DNA of 38,551 nt from Pseudomonadota bacterium. GTDB lineage: Bacteria; Pseudomonadota; Alphaproteobacteria; Caulobacterales; Parvularculaceae. The notes under the pieces were generated by a model. The model made no database searches. It was not told where the DNA came from and saw nothing but the letters and a program-made list of their open reading frames with translations. Made by a program: the position numbers and the translations under genes. The stretch covers positions 1 to 38,551 of the forward strand of contig JBCCBY010000001.1 in the NCBI GenBank assembly GCA_039033795.1. The letters are read 5' to 3'. This document shows, piece after piece, positions 29,890-37,552 of the stretch. Position 1 is the stretch's first letter. Each line of letters begins with the position of its first letter.

Positions 29890-30225
29890 TCGCCGGTCGG
29901 CCGTCTTCTCTCACCAGCAAGGCGGCCCTCTGATCACCATCGCCGTCGGACGAAGGCTCGACCGATGGCGCGATCGGCTGAAGGTCTCGGCGAGCGCTGT
30001 GCATCCCTCGACGCTCCCATCTTTGATCGATCCTGATCCGTTGGATTCGGGCAGGATCAAAACCAACGTCTTCGTGCTCTTGGCGCCCGGCAACGACGCA
30101 AACTGGCGGCGTCCCCCACGATTTTTGGGCAACCGATCCAAATTTGGTCAGTACCGCGTTGTTTAGGCGGGCGCTAGACAATGGGTATCTAGGTGCAGAC
30201 CGAGGGAAGCTTTCGGGAGGAGGAG

Positions 30226-30529
30226 ATGAGACACCTGATCGGGACCTTCTTGGGCCTGACGGCAACAACTTCCGCTGCGCTGTTCGGTTTTGGGACAGAT
30301 CGTCGTTTCCAGCTGGCGCGAAGCCTTGAACACACTGACCCAACAAGATGATCAGAACACGGCGCTCGCCTTCGAAAGCCTCACCGCCGTCACACAAAGC
30401 TACAACACATTGGCCTGCGGCGGTGAGGCCTTGGAGGCGGCCGTCGACTGTTTGCTCGATCGTTCGGGCGAGACTTCGCCGCGCAACCTTGCGCGGGTCT
30501 GTATGACAACGGCAGGCCTCACAAGGTGA
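30226..30529 (+). pseudogene. small N-terminally anchored protein interrupted by a +1 frameshift
   Basis: GGGAGGAGGAG SD and ATG 30226 give MRHLIGTFLGLTATTSAALFGF. Removing one base from TTTTGGG (30288-30294) continues as GQIVVSSWREAL...VCMTTAGLTR* (100 aa); the unshifted frame stops at 30351. Confidence 0.5.
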
Positions 30530-30538
30530 ACGGCGACC

Positions 30539-30575
30539 GGCGGAGCGGGCTCCCCCCTCTTTTGCTCGCTCCGCC
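30539..30575. terminator. 12-bp GC hairpin between convergent small ORFs
   Basis: GGCGGAGCGGGC-N13-GCTCGCTCCGCC (one G-U pair), located between stops at 30529 (+) and 30578 (-); no long U-tract. Confidence 0.5.
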
Positions 30576-30577
30576 AA

Positions 30578-30761
30578 TTACTCCGCACCATGACTTTTAC
30601 GGTCAGTCGAGGCGATGGAAGACCCGTCGGCACCGGCGATGAAAGGGGGGATTTGCTGCGATCGGCAAATAATGTCCTGTTGCTCGGTGATCATGCGTTT
30701 TAGCGTTTCCTGGATGTCCGTCAGTTTCTCCTGGAAGAGGACCGTGACCTCGAGTTTTCAC
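30578..30761 (-). pseudogene. possible small coiled-coil protein with frameshift just after the start
   Basis: Minus frame reads KLEVTVLFQEKLTDIQETLKRMITEQQDIICRSQQ...HGAE*; GTG at 30761 joins it if one A is removed from GTG-AAAA-CTC. Confidence 0.35.
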
Positions 30762-30804
30762 GACCTTCTTGATTTGGTGCACTTTAACAGTTGGATGCGC
30801 TCCG

Positions 30805-31662
30805 GTGCTGGATGATGAAGTCCGCGCCATTAAGTCATCAGACCAGTTTGATCGCTGCTCACGATCGTTTGCCAGCGATCTCTCCGATCGTTGGTCGCGT
30901 GCTCGGAACAGACGAGGCGTCTTTGACGAGAGGGCTCGGCTCGCCGTCCTCGCTTTTTCTATCGCGCTTGGCTCAAAACGAGATCCCAAGACCGGAGAAA
31001 TCGGTTTCTCCGTGAACGCCTTTAAAAAACTGATCGCGGATACAGGCATCATGAGCCGCGGTCGTGCCGGCGCGCTTCTTGGATACCTGCGATTGATCGG
31101 GTTTCTTAAATCCGACACTGACGCCCAAGCTGGAAAGCGGCTTGTGCTCAAAAGCACAAACGACCTTATTGGATACGCAGCGACCGGTTGGCGGACGAGC
31201 TATCGCAATGCCGCGGAGCTGCTCCCCGAACATCAGCGATTGGTTGAACCCTTGGCCGCTGACGAACAGGTCGTGGAGTTTATCTTGTTCTTCGTTTCAA
31301 GATACGTGGAGGGTTGGCGACCTTTCAAAGATCTCAGTGCCCTCAATCTGTTTTGGAAGATGCGCGGAGGACTTCCTGTTGTTCTCCGCATTCATGCTCT
31401 TCATCCGACTGAAGCGCTATCAGCCAGCGACCTATCAAAGCGGTTTTCAATCCCACGAACGCAAGTCAACACGATTGTGCGTAAGGGTATGCGCTCTGGC
31501 TATCTTAAAAAAGACAAGGACCAACTCCTGCTGGGGGAAGAGCTGCAGGCCGAGCTTGATACGGGGATCGCTCTGTTCTTTGCGATGATCCTCCTGGCCG
31601 CGCATGGAGACATCAATCTATCCGGTCCTTCGATATCGGATATTCAGCCTAAGATGCATTAA
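30805..31662 (+). CDS. hypothetical protein with probable tandem winged helix-turn-helix domains
   Basis: Long open frame; wHTH-like segments FSVNAFKKLIADTGIMSRGRAGALLGYLRLIGFL and LSASDLSKRFSIPRTQVNTIVRKGMRSGYL; start uncertain (GTG 30805). Confidence 0.75.
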   Translation: MLDDEVRAIKSSDQFDRCSRSFASDLSDRWSRARNRRGVFDERARLAVLAFSIALGSKRDPKTGEIGFSVNAFKKLIADTGIMSRGRAGALLGYLRLIGFLKSDTDAQAGKRLVLKSTNDLIGYAATGWRTSYRNAAELLPEHQRLVEPLAADEQVVEFILFFVSRYVEGWRPFKDLSALNLFWKMRGGLPVVLRIHALHPTEALSASDLSKRFSIPRTQVNTIVRKGMRSGYLKKDKDQLLLGEELQAELDTGIALFFAMILLAAHGDINLSGPSISDIQPKMH

Positions 31663-31819
31663 CAATCCGCCTGCCCCGTTCGAACCCTGCGGTGATCGCA
31701 TGACACCCTCCTTGTGCTGCTCTTATCACCCCATGACGGACCAATGCTGAGGGAACCATATATGGGAAGAGCTTGAGAGCTGGTATATCCGTTTAAGACA
31801 CTGAAAGCGGTGAACGGAG

Positions 31820-32116
31820 CTATTCGCTCAGAACGTCGACGAGGGACGGTGGGCCCATCATCACATGCCGAATATGCGCGATACGGATCACATCGTCTCG
31901 CACCTGATAAAAGACATAGTGGCTTCGATAGACATATCGGCGCGCATTCACGCCAATGACATCGGAACCCATGCGTGGGTTATCGATCACAATATCAAAG
32001 GTGTTGAACAAGCCATCAATATAGCGATCGACCTGCCGTCGCCCGAAGTTCTCAAATGTGTAGCGGATGATATCCTGGATGTCCGTCTCGGCACGTGCCG
32101 AAAGCTCATACTGCAT
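31820..32116 (-). CDS. type II TA system ParE/RelE family toxin
   Basis: YELSARAETDIQDIIRYTFENFGRRQVDRY...NPRMG...SHYVFY...IRIAHIRH, a classic ParE pattern; 98 aa from ATG 32116. Confidence 0.92.
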   Translation of the reverse strand: MQYELSARAETDIQDIIRYTFENFGRRQVDRYIDGLFNTFDIVIDNPRMGSDVIGVNARRYVYRSHYVFYQVRDDVIRIAHIRHVMMGPPSLVDVLSE

Positions 32117-32324
32117 CAGCGTCAGCTGCGAGCGCAACTTTGATGATCTCGTCCTTGCCCTGTCTCGTCGCAGACGGGCCATCAAGCCCCTCTTTCAGAT
32201 CAGCGAGAAGCGCAGCCTCCTGCTCAGCGGGGCTTAGGCTATGCCAGCGCTTCATATCCTCATCGGTCGGAAACGCCGTCGAGCTGAAGGTTGGATTGCC
32301 AGAGCTGGTCTGTTTCGCTGTCAT
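32106..32324 (-). CDS. putative antitoxin (72 aa)
   Basis: Directly upstream of the toxin with an 11-nt overlap; acidic; EAALLADLKEGLDGP resembles ParD C-terminal helices. Confidence 0.75.
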   Translation of the reverse strand: MTAKQTSSGNPTFSSTAFPTDEDMKRWHSLSPAEQEAALLADLKEGLDGPSATRQGKDEIIKVALAADADAV

Positions 32325-32330
32325 TCCATT

Positions 32331-32339
32331 ATTATAGCA
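32331..32339 (-). promoter_or_regulatory. extended -10 promoter (TGnTATAAT) of the TA operon
   Basis: Minus strand reads TGC-TATAAT-AATGGA-ATG: perfect consensus, with 6 nt to the start codon. Confidence 0.65.
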
Positions 32340-32476
32340 CACAAACGTTGCCAATTGCCAGCACAATTAATCTGTACACACCAGGCCTCAAAGCCCTAGT
32401 GCGACTGGAATCATAATTGATTTAACATCAATGGTTTACAACAAAAACCTAAAGTGGCAATAAATATTCTATTCAA

Positions 32477-32489
32477 AATCAATGACTTA
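32477..32489 (+). promoter_or_regulatory. IHF consensus site next to the tRNA 3' end
   Basis: AATCAATGACTTA matches WATCAANNNNTTR exactly; near-match CATCAATGGTTTA at 32426-32438. Confidence 0.6.
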
Positions 32490-32495
32490 GATGCG

Positions 32496-32572
32496 TGGCG
32501 CACCCATGAGGATTCGAACCTCAGACCTCTGCCTTCGGAGGGCAGCGCTCTATCCAGCTGAGCTATGGGTGC
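32496..32572 (-). tRNA. tRNA-Arg (anticodon CCG)
   Basis: Reverse complement GCACCCATAGCTCAGCTGGATAGAGCGCTGCCCTCCGAAGGCAGAGGTCTGAGGTTCGAATCCTCATGGGTGCGCCA: 77 nt, cloverleaf, TTCGAAT T-loop, encoded CCA. Confidence 0.98.
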
Positions 32573-32639
32573 TTTGCCTGGCCCCTATGGGACCCAGATG
32601 CCCCGATTGGCAAGAGATAGGTTTGGACTGAGGCTTTTC

Positions 32640-33365
32640 TTACTGTTCGATCGGATTCATGATCCGTCCGGGGTAGACGGCTTCGGCCCGGACAAAAGTG
32701 TCAACAAGACGCGCGGTCTCTTCAAAACTGACCACATGCGGATGCCGCGGCGCGGGTGCTGGCTGCTCGTCAAAGAGCGGGGCGGTGGCCAAGAGGCTCT
32801 GCATGTTCAGGCCATTGGCCGAAAGATCATTCGCAGCGGGCGGCTTTTGTAAGTCCCCCGTCGCCGCGGCGAGCTGTTCGCCGAACAGAGCCGCTGTCTC
32901 AAGAAAGAGCCCGATCGTCACCGCCACATTGCCGCGGGGCATACCGAAATCGGCCACTTCATAACGCGAGAGATACGCCACGTTATCGCCGCTTAGACCT
33001 GCCGAAACAAAGGCATAGCGATAATTGAACGCGGACACGGTGCGATGGTCGACGGCCGTCTGGAACAGGGTGACGAGGTGCATGCCGCGACATCGGCCCC
33101 GATCGTCACAGGCCATGGGGCTGATCTGAAAACGCGTGCCATCCTTGGCCGTGACCAACAGAACGCGCTGTCCGGAGGGAAAAGTCACCCCGTCATACGC
33201 AAGGCCCATTTGCTGGATCACCGGAATAAGAGCCTCTGCATCGAGGCTCGTCAGCGGTGCGGAAGGGTTGCGGATTCCGCCGGACGTGCCAAGCGCGTTC
33301 GCTTGGGCAACCGCCTCTCCGATCATCAACATTGCGGCCAGCGCCGCCAAGACGAGATTTTTCAT
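32640..33365 (-). CDS. secreted YbjN-like domain protein
   Basis: Signal peptide ending AVA; CDDRGRC pair, V.AFN.RYAFV.A, L.RY...DFG pattern of periplasmic YbjN-like proteins. Confidence 0.65.
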   Translation of the reverse strand: MKNLVLAALAAMLMIGEAVAQANALGTSGGIRNPSAPLTSLDAEALIPVIQQMGLAYDGVTFPSGQRVLLVTAKDGTRFQISPMACDDRGRCRGMHLVTLFQTAVDHRTVSAFNYRYAFVSAGLSGDNVAYLSRYEVADFGMPRGNVAVTIGLFLETAALFGEQLAAATGDLQKPPAANDLSANGLNMQSLLATAPLFDEQPAPAPRHPHVVSFEETARLVDTFVRAEAVYPGRIMNPIEQ

Positions 33366-33369
33366 TCTT

Positions 33370-34746
33370 ATGTCGCCTCAACCCAATCCCCCTCACCGTA
33401 GCGATGACTCCAAGGGGAGTAAACGCGCCGAAGAGGAGGATGAGCGCCCGCCGCTTCCCCCGGGCATCGCGTCCCGTAATGCCGCGCTTGATCTGCTGCG
33501 CATGACGACGCGCGGCATGACCCTCGACCAGGCCCTGGATGAGTGCCGTTCCTTTGGCGCGCTTGAGGGCAGCGATCGCGCCTTCACCCGCGCGCTGGCG
33601 TCTGTGACCCTGCGGCGGCGCGGCACGCTGGATGAGGTGATCGCCACCTATTTGCGCGAACCGCTGAAACCAAAGCAGACCCATTTGCGCGATATTTTGC
33701 GGATCACGGCGGCGCAGCTTTGCCTCATGGGCACCGAAGCCCATGCAGCCGCTTGGTCCGCGGTGGAGCTGACCAAGCTGCGGGTTGAGACCAAGGGGTA
33801 TCAAGGTTTGGTCAACGCCGTTGCGCGCAGGCTGGCAGAAACGGGCGCGAAAAAAGCCGAAGCGGTGGAGCCTCGGGTCGACACGCCGGGCTGGTTGTGG
33901 CGCAGCTTGGCGCGCGCCCACGGCGCCAAGACAGCGGCCGCGATCGCAGCGGCCCATCGGCACGAAGCCCCGCTTGATCTCACCGCAAAGGACCTCGAGG
34001 CAATGGCGCAGGCCCTTGGCGAGGCTTCCTTTGAATTCCTCGGACCCCAAACAATCCGCATGGAAAGCACGCGCGTGCAAGATCTTCCTGGCTTCGAGGA
34101 TGGGGAGTTTTGGGTGCAGGATGTGGCGGCAACCCTGCCCGCCACGGTGCTTCGCGCCCAGCCTGGTGAACGTATCTACGATCTCTGCGCAGCCCCGGGC
34201 GGGAAGACGATGCAGCTCGCTTTAACAGGGGCGGACGTCTTTGCCGTCGATCATAGCGGCCTGCGCCTTGAACGGCTCAAGGAAAATCTCGAGCGAACGA
34301 AACTCTCAGCGGCTGTGTTGGAAGAAGACATCTTAAAATGGAGCCCGCCGCAAAAAGCGGACGGTGTCTTGCTTGATGCGCCGTGTAGCGCAACAGGAAC
34401 CATTCGGCGTAACCCGGATCTTCTGTGGACCGCTCGAGAGACACAAGTGCCCGACCTTGTGCGGCTGCAAGCACGAATGATCGACAAGGCACTGGATCTT
34501 CTAGGACCCGGCGGACGGCTTGTGTACGCCGTCTGCTCGCTTTTGCGCGAAGAGGGTGAAGACCAAATCGCCCAAGCGCTTCGGCGCCATGAGGGCCTGG
34601 TCCGTGATCCGATCAATCCTGAGGAGATCTGTGGGCTCCCCATAATCAACAAGGACGGCGATATCCGCTCCCTCCCCCACCGCTTGGCTCAGCAAGGCGG
34701 GATGGACGGTTTCTTCGTTGCGCGTCTGCTTAAGCCAGCTGGTTAA
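33370..34746 (+). CDS. rsmB: RsmB/NOP family RNA m5C methyltransferase (Sun/Fmu)
   Basis: NusB-like N-terminus (DRAF, LVNAVAR), WVQD, DLCAAPGGKT, LLDAPCSATGTIRR, YAVCSL, DGFF. Confidence 0.93.
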   Translation: MSPQPNPPHRSDDSKGSKRAEEEDERPPLPPGIASRNAALDLLRMTTRGMTLDQALDECRSFGALEGSDRAFTRALASVTLRRRGTLDEVIATYLREPLKPKQTHLRDILRITAAQLCLMGTEAHAAAWSAVELTKLRVETKGYQGLVNAVARRLAETGAKKAEAVEPRVDTPGWLWRSLARAHGAKTAAAIAAAHRHEAPLDLTAKDLEAMAQALGEASFEFLGPQTIRMESTRVQDLPGFEDGEFWVQDVAATLPATVLRAQPGERIYDLCAAPGGKTMQLALTGADVFAVDHSGLRLERLKENLERTKLSAAVLEEDILKWSPPQKADGVLLDAPCSATGTIRRNPDLLWTARETQVPDLVRLQARMIDKALDLLGPGGRLVYAVCSLLREEGEDQIAQALRRHEGLVRDPINPEEICGLPIINKDGDIRSLPHRLAQQGGMDGFFVARLLKPAG

Positions 34747-34755
34747 GCCCGCCGG

Positions 34756-37305
34756 TTAATTCAGCCAGCTAAGCTCCATCCGGATCGTTGCGCGATGGGC
34801 GCGGGTTTCCGCCGGAAGGAAGAAATCTGGAATGATGGTAAAGCGAGAGCGGATGTCTTCGATCGCCGCGAACGCAGCAGACTGGATGGCAGGCGGATAG
34901 CCATACCCATACGCCATCACCACCAGGCGCTGGACATACTCAACCTGCAGGTTCTTCCTAAAATCATTGGGGATCCCGACAAGATCGCGGCCAAAGACCG
35001 CTTCGTTGAGTTCAAGCAACATCTGCGTCGGCGAATAGGTGTTACCATAAAGCTCACTATCCACCAGTCGTGTCAGAACATTCCGGCTCATGAGATAAGC
35101 GAGCACGCTCCGCTGCGCACCCAGAACATAGGCGTGGATTTTGGGATCTTCTGTATCGCGGAAGTGGTCAAAGCCGCGGCGCTGAGACTGAATATGTTGG
35201 AGAAGATCAGAAGGAATATCAAAGGCATCGGGCGCGAAGATATAGGTGGCGAGGGCCTTCATCGCTTCGCGCTGTTTGGCGCGAGGGACCGGTTTGAAGG
35301 GCACCGTGTCCGTCTCTTGCCCCGGCTCGACCCGCTCAACATAAACCCCGCCAATCTGGCGAGACATGACGACCCCCATCCGGCTTTGCTGCAACAAGGC
35401 TGTGTAGAATCGATCGCGTAAGGCCTGGTAGCTGTCTTCCCCCTCATAGGTGGCGAGCAATTTCGGAATGACGCTTTGGACAAGCTCAATGCGGTCGATG
35501 GCATAAGCCACAGGATCGCTCGACATATCAAAGGCGTTCGTGCGCGGATCGATTCCTGACCACGATGACCACATGGTGTCTGCGTCATTGCCGAAGGCAT
35601 GGGCGGGATCGGTTGACTTGGCCAGATGCTCTGCACGCGCATCGGCATCATCAAGGTCGGGATCATAGCCAAAGCCGATCGCCCACAGATCATAGCTGCC
35701 TGGGCGGGTATGATCAAAGTCTCCTTGCTCCACCCCCATGGGCGCCAGGTTTGGCGCGACATAATCCATGACGGAGGCGGTCGGGGCCCCTTGGGTGATC
35801 GAGGGATCATGGATCTCGTCAGGACCGTAAAGCGAAGAGGCCTTCATGTTGTGGTGAAGCCCCAGCGTGTGCCCCACTTCATGCATGATCAGGCTCACAA
35901 GACTTTGTCGGACCAGCTCGTCCCAATCGCCTTCCCGGCCCTCAGCTGCCTGGAGCGCCGCGGCCGCAAAGAGGATGCCCTGGCGCATCTCGCTTCCCGC
36001 GCGGCACAGGTGATCGTGATGAGCGTGCCGCTCGCCTTCGTCTTCAGCCAAGGCAAAGGGCTGCGCTGAGCCATCAAAGGTCGTCACCACCCGGTCATAG
36101 GCAAAGAGATAGCTAAGCTCGAGCATAATGTCAGCACCCAGAATTTCACCGGTGCGCGGATTGGTGAAGCTCGGTCCGTACCCGCCAAAGGGCGGAATCG
36201 GCGACGATGACCAACGAAGAACGTTGTAGCGGATATCCCCGGCATCCCAGTCAGCATCATCAGGCTGCACTTTGACGTCCATCGCATTGGAGAAGCCAGC
36301 GGCTTCAAACGCCTCGTTCCAGGCCAAGACGCCCTCACGAATGGCTGGCCGTAGCTCATGCGGGGTGGTGTTTTCGATCCACCACGTGATGGGCTTCACC
36401 GGATCGCTTAACTCCGCCTCCGGATCTTTCTTCACCAGCCGCCAACGATGAATGAGGTCGCGATAAGGGGCCGCCTCGTCACTGGTCAGGCTCGTCTTGC
36501 GATCGAAGAAATAGCCAACACGGTAATCATCAAGCCGCGGCGTATAACCGTCATCGGGCATCGCAATAAAGGAGTGCTGCACCTTGATGGTGACGCTGCG
36601 CTCGTCGGTCACCGCCTCGGAACCACCACCAAATGGGTACGGATTAAAGAACACATAGTCGACAACGAAGTCGATATTGTCGGGATAATTGCGCACCTCA
36701 GCGACTTTGGTGGCGGGCGTTAACTCGCCCACATCAAAGGCGAATGGTCCAGAATAAGGGTTGGGCAGGTTACGGACGATTGCCAGCGTCTCATCAAGCA
36801 AGAGATCATCAGCGCTGACGATCAGCCGGTCCCCATCGTCGCCTTCGGTGATCGCGATGATCTCGAGGCTGGTCAAAATAGCGTCGGAAATGTTCGCATC
36901 AGCGGCGCGGGAAATCGGGTTGTCCTCGTCGAACACGAAGGACGTGTTGACCTCCGTCACCTCGATGTCGCCGTAATGCCGGTCAAAGCGAAGAATGCTT
37001 TGGCTTCCGTACTCTCCGCGAAAACCGCCCGCTTCGAGGACGCTGTTCTCGATATAGTTGAAGGCGATGAACTCCTCGCCGAGCTGGTCCTCCGCGATCT
37101 CGAGATAAAGCTCGCCCGTCTCGGGATCTTTATAGATGGGGAACAGGCCCTCTTTGATCCCCATGCCCTCCATCGCCTCATCAATCGAGGGAAAGCCGGT
37201 TTCTTCATCGCCTTCACCATCGTCTTGGGCGAACGCGGTGGGCGATGATGCCAGCACCAAAGCAAGACAGAAGCCCCAAAAGCTCAACGACCAAGGCTTA
37301 GGCAT
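34756..37305 (-). CDS. secreted zinc-dependent metalloprotease (DUF5117/DUF4953, EcxA-like)
   Basis: Signal peptide ending AFA; PRLDDYRVGYF, WN.AFE.AGF, D.RYN, NPRTGEIL, HEVGHTLGLHHN, SVMDY Met-turn; ATG 37305. Confidence 0.93.
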   Translation of the reverse strand: MPKPWSLSFWGFCLALVLASSPTAFAQDDGEGDEETGFPSIDEAMEGMGIKEGLFPIYKDPETGELYLEIAEDQLGEEFIAFNYIENSVLEAGGFRGEYGSQSILRFDRHYGDIEVTEVNTSFVFDEDNPISRAADANISDAILTSLEIIAITEGDDGDRLIVSADDLLLDETLAIVRNLPNPYSGPFAFDVGELTPATKVAEVRNYPDNIDFVVDYVFFNPYPFGGGSEAVTDERSVTIKVQHSFIAMPDDGYTPRLDDYRVGYFFDRKTSLTSDEAAPYRDLIHRWRLVKKDPEAELSDPVKPITWWIENTTPHELRPAIREGVLAWNEAFEAAGFSNAMDVKVQPDDADWDAGDIRYNVLRWSSSPIPPFGGYGPSFTNPRTGEILGADIMLELSYLFAYDRVVTTFDGSAQPFALAEDEGERHAHHDHLCRAGSEMRQGILFAAAALQAAEGREGDWDELVRQSLVSLIMHEVGHTLGLHHNMKASSLYGPDEIHDPSITQGAPTASVMDYVAPNLAPMGVEQGDFDHTRPGSYDLWAIGFGYDPDLDDADARAEHLAKSTDPAHAFGNDADTMWSSWSGIDPRTNAFDMSSDPVAYAIDRIELVQSVIPKLLATYEGEDSYQALRDRFYTALLQQSRMGVVMSRQIGGVYVERVEPGQETDTVPFKPVPRAKQREAMKALATYIFAPDAFDIPSDLLQHIQSQRRGFDHFRDTEDPKIHAYVLGAQRSVLAYLMSRNVLTRLVDSELYGNTYSPTQMLLELNEAVFGRDLVGIPNDFRKNLQVEYVQRLVVMAYGYGYPPAIQSAAFAAIEDIRSRFTIIPDFFLPAETRAHRATIRMELSWLN

Positions 37306-37552
37306 ATCGCGTTCCCCCCAAGGGCGCAGTTTCCCACCATCTGAGCTGCAGCGGGTCGATCCAAAAAAGCAGCGAAACCCTACCTCGAAGAGGGCCCAGC
37401 GCAACAACTTGGTGGAGACGCCGCAAGAATGAGGCCACGGCCAGCATGCGGCGAAAGTAAGCTCGATCAACCGCCATCAAGGATTGATCCTTGGCGCGAG
37501 ACCATTACGTTAGACAGAAGTGCGTGGACACACGGCACATGAGGAGATTGGA

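Larger units (their letters stand above)
28829..32495. mobile_element. relict genomic islet at the 3' end of tRNA-Arg(CCG), no integrase retained
   Basis: Lies immediately 3' of the tRNA; AT-rich junction with IHF consensus; degenerate tRNA 3'-end copies at 28829-28845 and 31727-31740; cargo of TA pair, SDR and broken small ORFs. Left boundary is inferred. Confidence 0.55.

Noticed and set aside
30080-30125. TGGCGCCC... and GGCGTCCCCCACG strings resembling tRNA 3'-end remnants
   Set aside because: Matches are too short and inconsistent to call an att site.
29861-30577. 238-aa minus-strand ORF in the islet
   Set aside because: No SD or recognisable domain, and it overlaps the better-supported plus-strand small gene.
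28884-32380. TGTACACA at 28884 and 32373, near both islet ends, as possible integrase arm sites
   Set aside because: A single 8-mer pair over about 3.5 kb is compatible with chance.
33193-34080. 295-aa minus-strand ORF, and the 78-aa 5' extension of rsmB
   Set aside because: Shadow frames over real genes; expected in GC-rich DNA.
34730-34759. Repeated TTAA as a CtrA box
   Set aside because: Spacing is N9 rather than N7, and it lies at convergent gene ends.
37306-37552. Long metalloprotease/yccA spacer as a possible riboswitch
   Set aside because: No recognisable aptamer motif or convincing stem; probably divergent promoters.
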